A stretch of 64,000 nucleotides of DNA, taken from NCBI RefSeq assembly GCF_009914755.1, contig NC_060934.1, one strand, 5' to 3'. The notes under the pieces were generated by a model. That model worked only from the letters and a program-made list of their open reading frames with translations, had not been told where the DNA came from and searched no databases. Within the stretch, counting starts at the first letter, position 1; the number at the start of each line of letters is the position of its first letter. Source of the DNA: the human T2T-CHM13v2.0 reference genome, Homo sapiens. A program made the translations under genes and the position numbers. This document shows positions 1 to 17,630 of this stretch, piece by piece.

Positions 1-624
1 AATGTTCATTGGAGACAATATGTTTTATAAAATAGACATAAAAATACTAGCAAACCAAATCAAGCAATGTATAAAAAGGATTATATATCATAAGCAAGTG
101 GATTTATCCAGGAATAAAAGATTGGCATAACATCCAAATATAATCAGTGTGAAACAATATTTTTTTTTTGTAATAGACAAAAAAAGCATCTGATAAAATA
201 CAACACCTTTTTCTGTTAAAAAAAAAAAAAAAACTCAACAAACTTAAAATAGAAGAGAATTTCCTTAACCTTCTACAGGGCATCCGTGAAAAACCCAAAG
301 CTAACACCATAACGTGGTAAAAGACTGAATACTTTCCCACTAAGATAAGGAATAAGACAAAGATGTCTGCTTTCACCACTTCTATTTAACACTATACTGG
401 AGGTTCTAGCCAGGGAACTATTAAAAGGCATGCAGACTGGAAAGGCAGAAGTAAAACTATCTCTACAGATGACATAATCTTGTATACAGAACATCCTAAG
501 GAATCCACAGGAAAATTATTAGAGCTAATACATGCATTCAACAAGGTTGTGGGATACAAAATCATTAGAGAAAAATTCATAGTATTTCAATACTTTGAAT
601 GAACAATTTGAAAATGAAATTAAA

Positions 625-920
<296 letters not shown>

Positions 921-1075
921 ATAAAGGAAAGAGAAAGGGAAAGGGAAAGGGAGGAAAAGGAAGGAAGGAAGGGGAGGGGAGGGGAGGGGAGGGAGGGAGG
1001 GAGGTAGGAAGGAAGGAAGGAAGGAAGGAAGGAAGGAAGGAAGGAAGGAAGGAAAAAGAAAAGAAAAAGAAAAAA
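921..1075 (+). repeat. Purine-rich tail: (GGGGA)n/(GGGA)n/(GGAA)12 microsatellite
   Basis: 12 consecutive GGAA units at 1007-1054. Confidence 0.95.
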
Positions 1076-1699
1076 TTCCATTTACAATAGTATTAAAATT
1101 TTAACAAATAATTTGCAAGACTTGTTCACTGAAAACTACAAAGCATTTCTGGAAGGAATTAGAGAGCATCTAAATAAAGTAAGGCATCCCGTATTTATGA
1201 CTTGGAAGATTTAATGTTTCTAAGATGACAATACTCTCTAAATTAATCTACAGATTTGATATCCTAAAAAATAAAACCAGATTTTTGTTTTTCATTTTTA
1301 TAATTTGTTTGTTTTTACTTTTTTGCTGATCTGATGTTAAAATTCATATGAAAATACAGGAGATTCAGAATAGCTAAAACAATCTTGAACAAAAAGAACA
1401 AACTTAGAGAACTCGTATTTCTTGATTTCAAAACTTACCACATTTGGTTATATTTGGTACAATAATCAAAACACTGTGGTACTGGCATGAGGATAAGTCA
1501 ATAGTTCAATAGAATAGAATTGAGAGCACAGAAATAAGTGCTTACATTTATAGTCAATAAGTTTTCTACAAGGGTGCCAAGATGATTCAATGAGGAAAAA
1601 AAAGTAACATTTTAGATCTTTCCCTCACATCAACCATATACAAAAATTAACTCAAAATGGATCACGAACTTAAATGTAAGTGCTAAAACTACAAAACTC

Positions 1700-1999
1700 T
1701 TTTTTTTTTTTTCTGAGATGGAGTTTCATTCTTGTTGCCCAGCTGGAGTGCAATGACACGATCTCGGCTCACCACAACCTCCGCCTCCCAGGTACAAGTG
1801 ATTCTCCAGCCTCAGCTTCCTGAGTAGCTGGGATTACAGACACGTGCCACTACGCCCTGCTAATCTTTTTTGTATTTTTAGTAGAGACAGGGTTTCTCCA
1901 TGTTGGTCAGGCTGGTCTTGAACTCCCGACCTCAGGTGATCCACCTGCCTTGGCTCCCCAAAGTGCTGGGATTATAGGAGTGAGCCACTGCACCTGGCC
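1700..1999 (-). mobile_element. AluSp-like
   Basis: Poly-T start; TTCTCCATGTTGGTCAGG and AACTCCCGACCTCAGG diagnostics; TSD-like TA(C/T)AAAACTCT on both sides. Confidence 0.88.
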
Positions 2000-2064
2000 T
2001 ATAAAACTCTTTTTTAAAAAACACGGGAGTAAATCTTCATAATCTTGAATTAGGCACTGGTGGC

Positions 2065-2355
2065 TTTTTGGTTTTTTTGTTTTTTGTTTTTTGTTATTTT
2101 TTGATAAAGTCTTTCTCTGTTGCCCAGGCTGGAGTGCAGTGGCGCAATCTTGGCTCACTGCAACCTCCACCTACCGTCCCGAGTAGCTGAAATTACAGGC
2201 CCGTGCCAGCACACTCGGGTAATTTTTGTATTTTTAGTAGAGACGGGGTTTCACCATTTTGGCCAGGCTGGTCTCAAACTCCTGACCTCAAGCCATCCAC
2301 CAGCCTCAGCCTCCCAAAGTGCTGGGATTACAGGCATGAGTTACTGCACCCAGCG
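2065..2355 (-). mobile_element. AluS with a small internal deletion
   Basis: Antisense Alu; TTGAATTAGGCA repeated on both flanks. Confidence 0.88.
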
Positions 2356-2910
2356 TTGAATTAGGCAATGGTTTCTTAAATATGACATCTAAGGCAAAAG
2401 TGACAAAAGAAAAAAAATTGATAATTGGATTTTCTCATTTCCTCAAAATTAAATTTTCAGGGGGTTCAAAGGACACCATCAAAAAAGTGAAAAGACAACC
2501 CCACAGGATGGGGACAATATTTGCAAGTCATATATCTGATAAAGAACTCTCAAAACTCAATAGTAAAAAGATAATCCAATTTAGAAATGGGCAAAGGACT
2601 CATTTTTTCAAAGAAATTTTTCCAAAATTTTTCCAAAGAAGATATACACGATAAGCATGTGAAAAGATGCTCACCATCATTTGTCACCAGGGAAATGCAA
2701 AGCTAAAGCATAGGAGATACTGCTGCCCATTCACGAAGATGGCTAGAATCAAAAGCAGCCAACAACAAGGCTTGGCAAAGGTGTGGAGGGATCCGAATCC
2801 TCTCACGGTGGGAATGGATGATGGGGCCACTGCTTTGGAGAAGAGCATGGCATTTCCTCAGAAGGTTAGCGTAGGTGCCACGTGATCCACCAATTCCAAT
2901 CCTAGGTATC

Positions 2911-3233
<323 letters not shown>

Positions 3234-4939
3234 TAGGTATCTATTCATATCTAAGAGAGCTGAAATATATTTCTACATAAACACTTGTCCATGGATGTTC
3301 ATCAGCAGCACTGCTTACAATCACCCAAAAGTGGAAACTGCCCAGTGTCCATCAGCTGAGGGCATTTATCTGAGGGGAGTTTTCGGGAGGCGGGAGGTGA
3401 GACCGCATGGGAGGAAAGCTCAGGGCCTGGAGTGCATTCAGCAGTGGCTGGGAAGACTGCCTCAGGGCCTGTGTGCTCCCTGCTGCACTCACACCCCTTG
3501 CTCCATGGAGAACTGAGATGAAACCTTGAAGATTCCAAATGCAGTTGATGGAAATGGCAGTTGCTGTGGTTATTATCTAGGGAGTGCCTGTGAGAATCTA
3601 ACAAGAAAACACACTTAGAGAGCCCCACCAGCCTCGCGGAACAGGAAGCCTGCGTTCTGTGTTTCCAGTTCCCTCATTGCCCTGTCCTGTCCTGCCCTCC
3701 TTCCCACTCACTGGCTACACATAATCACCACTGGTATCACAGGAGGTCTTGGATCTGTGTGTGTGAGAGAGACAGACAGACATAGACAGACAGACAGAGT
3801 CAGTGGGAGCCAGAGAGAGAAAGCATGGGAGCTAATTTCTCCCTGGCTCCCAATGAGGAATGAGGACAGGAAAAGTCATGCAGCATCCAGGCTCCTTGGC
3901 GCAACTGGGTCCCAATTCCCATCCTCCTGCCATCAGCCTCGGTCTGTCCCCACCTTGCCACTGCCCCCGAATTAAATGCTTCCGAGCATTTTCTGGAACT
4001 GTTTTTCTCACATCGCCCACACATTCTTATTCCCTTAGTCGAGGCTCTGTCCACCTTCAGCCCACCGGACAGTCAATTTTCCCAGCCGCTGGTGAGTTTC
4101 TGGTTTGCCAAGACCCAGAGGCTGGGGGAAGCCAGACAGCAGGTGGCAGCTCTTCCGGCCGAGGAGAGGAGAGGGACAGGGCTGGCTCCTCTAGATGAAG
4201 AGGTGAGAGAGCTGTGCTAGGATCAGGCGGACAGTGTTCCTGGCAGTAGCAGCAGCAAGAGCACAGGCCCTGAGGTGGGGCTGAGCTGACCTACCCCAAG
4301 AGTGAATGGCAACCCCTCAGGGGCCTTAGAGAGTGAGAAGGGGTGGAGAGAAGTGGAGGAGGGTCGCCAGGGGCCAGGTCATGCCAGGCCTCATGGGGTC
4401 TGGTGGCAGCTTCCAGCTCTATTTTGGTTGCAGGTTTTAATCCCAAAAGTTGTGTTCCCTGGTCACACTTGAGAAACGTGGGCAGCTGCTATGTTGAATG
4501 GAGGTTGAAAAGAAGGGGCATTAGGGGGGTTTGCTGTGGTTGAAGCGGGGATGACCACATGGGCTAGGCGTTGGAGGGGGCAGGCTGGAGAGACGCGGGA
4601 AGACTGGGTGCATGAAATGATGTCCCCTGCCCAGGACTCGCTGAGGCCACGGCAAGTGCATGAGGAAGCACAGAGTCCAGGGACTTCTGGTCTCCAGCCT
4701 GAGCAGGAGGTAGACAGGATGTGAATCCCAGTGTGGGGATGGATGGGGCCCAGTGGAACCCTTGCCAGGTGGGCCCTGAAGCTCAGGGCCCTCTCAGGAA
4801 TCATTTTATGTACATCATGGTGCAGGCAGGGTAGTGCTGTCCTGGGGCAATGTGAATCCATTATTTATTGTGGCACAGCAGTATTGTCATTTTCTTGTTT
4901 GTTTGCTTAGTTATTGTTTATCCTTGAAATAGAATTAAT

Positions 4940-5064
4940 GGCTTGCTGAAGTATCCTTTGTGCCTAGAACAATGCTGGCACAGGGCAGGGGCTCAACTGA
5001 TATTTATTGCATGGATGGATAAATGGATGAATGGATGGATGATGGATTATTGGTGGATAGATGG
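4940..5064 (+). mobile_element. L2 3' end with (TGGA)n tail
   Basis: gtgcctagaacaatgctggcacagggcaggggctcaa...tatttattg followed by TGGA repeats. Confidence 0.65.
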
Positions 5065-5502
5065 TGTATTAGTCAGGGTTCTCTAGAGGGACAGAACTAA
5101 TATATATAAAGGGGAGTTTATTAAGTATTAACTCACATGATCACAAGGTCCCACAATAGGCTGTCTGCAAGCTAAGGAGTAAGGAGAGCCAGTCCAAGTC
5201 CCAAAACTGAAAAAAATTGGAGTCTGATGTTCAAGGGCAGGAAGCATCCAGCATGGGAGAAAGATGTAGGCTGGGAGACTAGACCTTTCTCCTCTTTTCA
5301 CACTTTTCTGGCAGCTTTTCATATTCTAGCCATGCTGGCAACTGATCAGATGGTACCCAACCAGATTAAGGGTGGGTCTGCCTTTCCCAGCCCACTGACC
5401 CAAATGTTAATCTCCTTTGGCAACACCCTCACAGACACACCCAGGATCAATACTTTGGATCCTTCAATCCAATCAAGTTGACACTCAGTATTAACCATCA
5501 CA
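5065..5502 (-). mobile_element. MLT2A1-like solo LTR (HERV-L)
   Basis: Reverse complement begins TGTGATGGTTAATACTGAGTGTCAACTTGATTGGATTG; TG...CA termini; 5-bp TSD GATGG/GACGG. Confidence 0.88.
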
Positions 5503-5676
5503 GACGGATTGATGGATGAATGGATGAATGGATAAATGGATGGATGATGGATGGGTGGATGGGTGGATGGATGGATGGATGAATGAATAGACATGGAAGA
5601 AAAGGAAAATAGATGCACAGATGGACAGATGGATAAATACAAAAATAGATGGACAGATGGATGATGGATGGATGGT
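5503..5676 (+). repeat. (TGGA)n degenerate microsatellite
   Basis: Continuation of the GGAT/TGGA array split by the LTR. Confidence 0.9.
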
Positions 5677-5678
5677 TG

Positions 5679-6050
5679 GTGTTAAGGACTTAATTGTGTC
5701 CCCCCAAATTCATACTGAAGCACTAATACCTAATGTGGCTGTATTTGGAGATAGAGCTTTTAGGAAGGCAATTAAGGTTAAAGGAGGTCCTAAGGGTAGG
5801 GCCCTGATTCAATGGGACTGGTGTCCTTACAAGAAGAGGAAGAGACACTAGAGAGCTCTCTCTCCATGTGTGCACAGAGGAAAGGCCCCGTGAGGACACA
5901 AGGAGAGGAGCCTCCTACAAGCTGGCAAGAGAGGCCTCACCAGAAACCAGCCCTGCTGGCACCTTGACCTTGGATTGAGTGTGAGAAACTCAATGTATAT
6001 TGTTTAAGCCACCCAGTCTGTAATATTTTGTGATGATGGCCTGACATGGA
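5679..6050 (+). mobile_element. MLT1A-type MaLR solo LTR
   Basis: tgtgtcccccaaattcata...gtatttggagatag...gactggtgtccttacaagaagagg...tgtttaagccacccagtctgt. Confidence 0.8.
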
Positions 6051-7059
6051 TGATATGGATGGATGGAGGGATGGACGGCTCCCCCAGCCCCTCTGAGTCT
6101 TCCCTCTGGGTGCAGGCAACCCTATTCAGGGACAATGTGAGTGCATGGCTGCTGCTGGAAAGACCAGTCTTGGGAACTGGGGTTATGTTTGACTTCCTGG
6201 CTCTTCAGCTTGATGCTCTCTAGTCCCAATCTGGGACAGGGCTCCTTTCCCACAATGTTCAAGTTTGCAGAGGGACCCTGGAAACCCTGAAGGCAATGCC
6301 TTGGGGCCCTCACACCTGGACCCATTCACACATTTCCAGGTATTGGTGCCTCCCCCGGGAGCCTGCCCAGAGCCCTTGCGGAGGACCTGGGGCAAGGGAA
6401 CAGGGCGGGAAGCTGGGGCAAGGGAACAGGGCAGGAAGCTGAGAGCCGTTTTCCTCCGAGCTAATGGAACCTCTTCCATCACCACCAGCTTAGCCTTTAA
6501 TCATCCTCACTTTCAAGTGGAAGGCAGAGCTCCCCAGACACTGGACGGGTCAGGGCCATCATCTTCCAACTAGGGGTGCACAGCAGGGCTAATGGACGGG
6601 ACTGGGGCCAACAGCTGGAAATCAAATCATCTCCCAGAACCACAGCTCAGCAGACCCTGGGGGAGGGGCACCTCCACTCTCTGCGTAGCTCTTGGGTGCA
6701 GGCTGGCAAGGCTGGGGAACAGTCCTGAACTGCTCCACCCAGGCGTTACCCCCTGCACACTTCTTGGCCTCAAAACTTTCGTTATATGGAAGCTTGATGA
6801 GTAAAAGTTGGTCTGGTTGACAGCAGGTAAGGGCTTTCTCCCTTCCTGCCAGGCTGACCCTGGGAAGACACCAAATGGCATATTGGAATGGTCCGCTTCC
6901 ACCCTCCCCAACCTGCCTACAGTGACCATAGCTGTGGGCGGCCACCATCCTGCCCAGACCACACTGACGACGCTTCTCACAGCCTCCCCTCTGACCCCTC
7001 CTCCTCCACCTGCCCCTGGCACCTGCTGTGGCCCTGCCACCACTCCCACTGCAGTCCCA

Positions 7060-7830
7060 GCAGAATGAAGAGGCTTGTTCAATGTGTGGTTTCAAGGAGT
7101 GAAGTGCAAAGCTTCCCCTTTCCTTTGCAGTCTCTCTTGATGTGTTGTGGTGGTTATGTTTGCTATTTAATGGCATTCTAGTCAAGAAAAGTTGAAATTA
7201 TAAATTATAGAAAAAAATTAAAATTTTAATTTTAATGGTAAAATAAAATTTACCATTCATCTTTATATCATTCAATGCCAATTTTAAACATAAATTGCTG
7301 TGTAAGAGCATTTAACTCATGCAGAAACACCAAAATTTCTGTAACTCGTACATGCATGTATATGTTGTCCTTTTCAGAAAAGCGCAAACACTTCACTGAA
7401 CTAACTCACCTGATTGAATTTCACTTCCTGGTGCAGGCGCATTGTACCAACCCTCTCTACTTCAGCCTACCAGGAGGGAGGAAGGCCACCGTCTTTCCTT
7501 CTCCTTCCATGTCATCCTCAGCGTCGGTGCTTGTGCAGTACAGGTAGGTGACAGAGCCGGCAAGGATGCCCAGGGCTGCTCCTCTGTGTTTCTTAGGAGC
7601 CCGCTGCCCCACCGTGCTCAGGCAGGGCAGCACGTGTTGGCCACGCTCACCAGCTGGCTGAGCTCCACCCGGAACCCTGTGCTGGGGCCTTGGGAGGCCT
7701 GATGGGGATGGGCTCACACTCATCCACACATCCCTTCTGCTCAGAGGGCCCAGGGCTTCATTTAGCACAAGTTCAGACATGAAACCGTTAAGAATTCCAG
7801 CGTAGCCGCAGCCCAGCACTGAACCCAATG
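7060..7830. mobile_element. Zaphod-like hAT-Tip100 DNA transposon fragment
   Basis: agagcatttaactcat...ctcgtacatgcat...gcacaagttcagacatgaaaccgttaagaattcc resembles the recalled Zaphod consensus. Confidence 0.55.
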
Positions 7831-8539
7831 CCTGCTCCTCTGACTGTCTACCTTGGCTGGTTCCTGTGTCACTGGAAGGAGGAAGGAACCCCTCCCCCGT
7901 CACCACGGTTGTTCTGTTTTGGGGCCTGGCACCATCACCCAACAACTATTTGCTGAATAAACGCATTGTTCACCCACTGAGTATTTGCTGAGCACCTACT
8001 GGCAGGGCGCCCTGAGGGCGCAGAGATACAGCTGAGGACAGCGCAGCTTCTAACCTTGCCATCCCCAAGGTGCGCGGAGCCCTCAGGGTGACCCAGCTTG
8101 CTGACGAGCAAGCGGAGGCCGAGCAGGTGAGACTGGCTGAGTCAGACCTGCTGCCGGGGCAGACGCAGGACAAGGCTGCTTTTTTGCCCCTGGACCTCAG
8201 GATCCAGGTCCGGGACGCCGCGGGCAGGGGCTCTGGACCGCGCTACTCGACCCCTCCCCCACCGCCTGGGTCTGCCAGGCAGGAGGGAGCCGCTGCAGCC
8301 AACCTGCTCCTCCCGCACTATCGATTTTCAATTGACCTCCGCCTCCCACTTTACACTTCAGAGCGCTCAGCGGCCTCCACACCTCCTGAGCAAGGAGGAA
8401 AGCCAGCTGGGCGCGGGGCCCCTGCTTCCTCCCCGAGGGAGTCCTCGGCCAGGCCACCACCACCAATCTCGCTCCTCTCCCTTTCCTCTCTGTAAATGAC
8501 ACGAATGGCATTGTAAGGACTATAACAGGCACTTGGCCT

Positions 8540-8885
8540 TTCTAACTTTTTATTTGAAAATAACATCACACCTACAGAGGAGTTGCAAGAACAGGACAAT
8601 GGATTCCCGTGGGCCCTGTACTTAGGTTCGCCCATTGTTAACAAGACAAGGACTTTCTCTTTCGGGACACAGCATCATAATCAAAATCAGGAAATTTAAC
8701 CATGATGCAGTACTCTTTTCTAATATTCAGTCCATATTCAAATTTCATCATTGTCCCAACCCCGTGTGTCCTTCAGAGCTCTTATTTTTCCCTAATGCAG
8801 GATCCGACTCCAGATCACACATCTCATTTCCTTATACTGTCTCTTCATTCAGAACAGTTCAGAGAGTCATAGCATATGATTCTGA
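8540..8885 (-). mobile_element. L1MC-type 3'UTR fragment
   Basis: ttttatttgaaaataac...cacctacagaggagttgcaagaa...aatcaggaaatttaac...atattcaaatttcatcattgtcccaa. Confidence 0.7.
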
Positions 8886-11800
8886 CAGGCGCAGTGCCCT
8901 GCTGTCATGCTCCCCACACGCGTGCCTGTTCATGCACATACAACACATGCACGCGTGCATGTGCACACATACATATGCATACATATGTGCACACACATGT
9001 CCATACACATCCAGCCTACAGCGGGCACTCGAGGTCCCCTGCCATCCTCCAGTACCTCCCCAGCCCTGTGGCCATCACCTTCTCTGCACACAGCACCCCA
9101 CCAAGCTGCCACAATGCCTGTGTTGGGCTTTCTCTGAGTGGCCTCCCTCTGGGTCAGGGCCCAGTCCCCTGGGCCAAATTATGCCCATCCAGGCTGGCCT
9201 TGTGCCCAGCTGGCTTGTCCTGGCCAAACCTGCTCCAGGGGCACCTCTAGAGCTGAGGCCCGGGCCTGAGGGCAGTCCCCCAGACCTATCGGGAGGCATG
9301 TGAAGCTGCCAGCACAGCAGGAAAGTGGCTGAGCTCAGTGACTCTGGGACTCTCCGTGTGACCTCAGGCAGTTTCTCTGCTCTGTAAGCCACAACTCTCT
9401 CTATCTGGAAAATGGGAAGAACATTATTATATGAACACTAAATGCTCAGAAAGCCCTTCCTTCCTGGAATGGGTTAGTGGTACAGCACTGCCCTATCCCT
9501 TCTTCCCTTTTGAGAAGCACAGAACCCTATGGGTGCTGTCCCCAGGGCACTCAGGCCCCCACTGCTCCTTGGTGCCATCTGAGGCCAGGAATCAGCTCAG
9601 GCTCTGGCAAAAGGATTCTTGTTTTTCGTTCAAGCGCCACCTCTTCCTCTGCAGACACTCCTCTGCAGTCCTGCATGTACTGCACGCATGCACACATGCA
9701 TGTGCAGTGGTCCCAGAAGGCAGCCCCAAATCTACAGGCTCCACAACCCCAGGGCTCAGAGCCTGGCCTAGCACAGAGCGACTCACAGGCCACCTGGGGC
9801 CATGGAAGGCCAGGACCTGGCACCCTCCTTGGCAGCAGAAAGGACAGAGAAGGTGCCAGTTGGAGGCATGGCCCGACACAGCGACACTGCCTAGTTCAAG
9901 TCACAGGCCCTGCAGGAAGAGTGCAGGGCTTGGATCCACTCATAGTGCTGTTCCAATGACCTGTGGGGTCTGAGTGCCCCAGAAGTCTCAAACACCAATG
10001 CTTGGGTCTATACATTCAGACAAGCCAGACTCCATGGGTCTGACCCCCAGGCAGCCTCCCGTGCCACCTTCCCCTGGATCAGGCGCACCATCCACACCTT
10101 GTCTGGCTTCACTCAGGCCTTTCTCAGTGCTAACCCACGTGGCTGTTGGTTTGCTGCTTAGGTGTGTGAGACAGTAACATGCATCTTCTCCCAGAGCTCA
10201 CAGCCTGCTGGCTTTATCTGGTAGCACATCTGCTAGTGCTCCACTGACCTGTCTATTTTTCCTACCTCATTAGGGCAACTTTGTTTTTCTGAAGGTGATT
10301 ATGACTACTTACTGAACTTGAATATACTAACAGATACTTCTCAAGTATACGTCTGAAGACGCTGCTCTGAGATGCACAGGAGTGTAGATGAGACGCTGTC
10401 TGAGATCAGAGTTTACTTCTTGCAAGGCCATCAGAGGAGAGGACGTCATGGAGGACGTGGTCATGGGTAGTGCCTCTGGCTCCGGACAGGCACAGTGTGC
10501 AGAGGACCTTGCAGGAGCATGGGTATGAAGGGAATAATGAGCGAGGGTAAGCCAAGAAATGTTCTAGGGGGCAGAGCCAGCCAGGGGCCAAGCCAGGACA
10601 GTTGGATGCAGCTAGACCCAGCAGGGCCTCCGCCCGGGTTGGACTCTGGTAGCATCCACTGCAGTCTCCATCCAGCCACGTGCTGGGGTCACAAGGCATG
10701 AACATGATCTCACGATGAAAGCTGTCTGTCTGTGACTGTGGGAGTGATTGCATTCCCATCCTTTCAAGCTTTCCCCAGCAGGAGTGGCAACGCTGAGCCT
10801 CACTCCCTGGGGCCTACTGTGACAGACGCCATGGCCAGCTCCTCAGGGTGGAGGTGAGGGTGAGGGATGCAGACCCCACAAAGTTCAACCCAGCCTACTC
10901 TTCACTGCAGCTCTGACTTGCAGATGTCAATGGGCTCCTTGGAATTCTTCAAATTCAGAGTCACAGCCCATTTGAGGGGGCAGCCTGAAGCTGGTTCGCT
11001 GGAACCTTTTTCTGTCCACGTTGAGTGCTTGCTAGAAGCTATGAGAGCAGCTCCTTCTCACTGTTGTGATGGCACAAACCACAGCCTTAACCCCTGTGTC
11101 CGCCTAGGCTGGAGTTGGGCTCCTTGACCCCTCCCTCTCCCTCACACTCCATACAATTAAGCCCCATTTACTTTACTCCCATAATCCCTCTAATGAGCAG
11201 GCTCTTCACCCACCTCCTGCCCCCTCACTGTGCTGCCCAGTTTAGGCCCTCATGAGCCCTCACATTGATTCCCTGCCTCCAGTCTCACCCTCTGCAATTT
11301 CCTCCCAACTTAAGTGCAAAACAGAAGTGGCATCATGGCAATCTTCAGTCTGAAATATCTAATGGGCATTCAGGTAACAGAATACTTGAGCATGGGCATC
11401 CAACTGCCTCTCCCAAATGCTAGCCCAAATGACTTCAGAAATAGAAAAGGAAGGAGAAACCTGTATCCATTTTGGAAATCCATCAGGGCACCATTTACAC
11501 GCCACACGCAGAGCCATTTCCATAAGTTACAGTGCAGGCAAAAAACAGCCTGAAGGAAACTTGCAACCCTCCTTGCTGAGCAAGTACAGGCATGGGGGAA
11601 GAAACTGCAGGGGCCTGAGAAAGGCCCAGGAATAACCCAGCTATAGAGGATGGTGCAGATGATGAGGGCATGACATATGGAACCTCTTAGCACTGAGGGT
11701 CAGCATGTCTCAAAAGCAGACCAGGGCAGGGGGGCCAGGGCAATACTTTTCCTGAGGGGTGCGCAGTAGTCCAGGAAACAGGCTAGACAGACAAGGGATG

Positions 11801-12181
11801 GACCAGTCCAAGTAGAAAATTAATAAGAAAAATAGGTTCAAGGAAGAAATTCCCCTGTACAGAGAAAAAACACCCTGTTGGAACTGACCAGAACCATCTC
11901 CTCCATCTTGGGCTCTGAGTTGATTGTGAGGCCCTTAGGCCCTTAGCAGAGGATTCTGTTGTTATTTGTGTGGACAGCAAGGAGAAGCAATGATGTAAAG
12001 AAATGCCATACTTGTTTGAGGCAAATGCCAGTCTTTCATAGAGACCTTGCAATTCAATGCTAGGTCAATGGAAACAGCAGATATGAGAAAGAGAAAGGCT
12101 TTGCAAAGAAAAATAAAAACACACACTTCTCAAAAGATAGATGAAGAGTGATGAAAATGATTTACCAAAGGAAACAGAAAT

Positions 12182-12745
12182 TGTCTTAGTCCATTTGTGC
12201 TGTTATAACAACATCATGGCCTGGGTAATTTATAAAGAACAGAATTTTTTCACAGTTCTGGAGGCTGGGAAGTCCAAGCTCAAGGCATCAGCAGGTTTGG
12301 CTGTCTGGTAAGGGCTGTTCTCTGCTTCTAAGATGGCTTCTTGAGTGCTGTGTCTTCACATGGCAGAAGGCCGAAGAGCAAAAAGGGTGAAATCCTTCCA
12401 TCAAGCTCTTTTTTTTTATTTTTAAGTTTTATAGGTACATAATAGGTGTATATACATAGTAGCTATATATATTTATGGGTTCAATGAGATATTTTGATAT
12501 AGGCATGCAATATGTAATAATCATATCAAGGGGTAAATAGAGTATCCATCACCTCAAGCATTTATCCTTTGTGTTTTAAACAATCCAATTATACTATTTT
12601 GGTCTGTCAAGCCCTCTTATAAGAGCATTTAATCCCACTCATGAGGGCAGAGCCCTTATGACTGAATCACCTCCCAATACTATGGCATTGGGGATTTAAT
12701 TTTAATATGAATTGTGGAGAGGACACAATCATTTAAACCACAGCA
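12182..12745 (-). mobile_element. MST-family MaLR solo LTR interrupted by an L1 3' fragment
   Basis: tgtcttagtccatttgtgctgttataaca...cacagttctggaggctgggaagtccaag...aaaccacagca; perfect TSD GAAAT at 12177-12181 and 12746-12750. Confidence 0.85.
12410..12605 (-). mobile_element. L1MA-type 3' end inserted in the MST LTR
   Basis: Poly-T then gtacataataggtgtata...tatccatcacctcaagcatttatcctttgtg. Confidence 0.8.
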
Positions 12746-12810
12746 GAAATAAATCTCAGAAACCATCCATTTGACGTTCCCAATAAAATATAAATTTAAA
12801 AATAGCTCTT

Positions 12811-16545
<3,735 letters not shown>

Positions 16546-16899
16546 AAACAGCTTTTGAAGTAAAAGATAAAAATGAATTAGATGACTGACTCGGATGAGG
16601 AAACCAGCTGAGCTAAGGAAAAGATGAAACGACTGTAATGAAACAAAAAGACTTTTCTCTGCTGAATACCAAGGGGCTTAGGGAAGGCACAGCTCCTCCT
16701 TAGGTGAGGAGTAGAATGAGCAAGGAGCAGAGATGTATCACTGGGGATCTGCACCCAAGGAGGCAGGTCACACAGTTGAGGTTCACACTTTGGAAAGGAT
16801 GCAACCACTGAGGTTACATGGAAAGAAAGGAGAGACAAAAGGCTGAAATTAACCTGGAACAAAAGTAGCAAAATGAAGCTCAGAATAATGAGTTATTGG

Positions 16900-17630
16900 A
16901 GGAAATGGAAACTAAATCCATAAGGAGATGCCGCTACTAGTCACTACTAGTCATTTAGCCATACAACAGCTAAAACTAAAAACGGTGACAATGCCAAGTG
17001 TTAACAGGGATGTGGAGCAGCTGGGACTCTCAGACAGTGCCAGTGGAAGTGTAAGTTGGTACAACTATAACAGAAACCCAGTTGACAGGATCTACTAAAG
17101 CTGAATATATTCACCCCTATAATCCAGCAATTTCACTTCTAAGTATTTACACAAGAAAAGTGAAAATTTATGATCAAACAGCCTTGTACGTGAATATTCA
17201 TAGCAGCTTTAGTCATAATAGCAAAAAAACTGAAATGAATCCAGAAGTATCACAACAGGAGAATGGAGAAACAAACTGTGATATGCCCACCCAACAGAAT
17301 ACTGCTTAGCAATAGAAAGAACCAAGGTGCTAACCCACACAAGAAGGACGAAGCTCAGAAACATGATGTTGGGCAAACGAAGCCAGCCAATTATCTGACA
17401 TTCTAGAAGAGTCAAAACTACAGTAACAGGAAGCAGATCAGTGGTTGCCTAGGGATGGGGCGGGAGGCTTGACTGCAAAGGAGTACAAAGCAACTTTCTT
17501 GGGTGCTGGAAATATTCCAGATCTTGATGGCAGTGGTTACACGGGTATAGACATTTGCCAAAATGCATCAAACTGTCCACTTAAAAAGGGTGCATTTTAT
17601 TATACAAATTATATAATACAGTTGTTGTTT
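16900..17630 (+). mobile_element. L1ME-type 3' region
   Basis: gatgtggagcagctgggactctca...tctactaaagctgaata...gatcagtggttgcctaggg. Confidence 0.75.
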
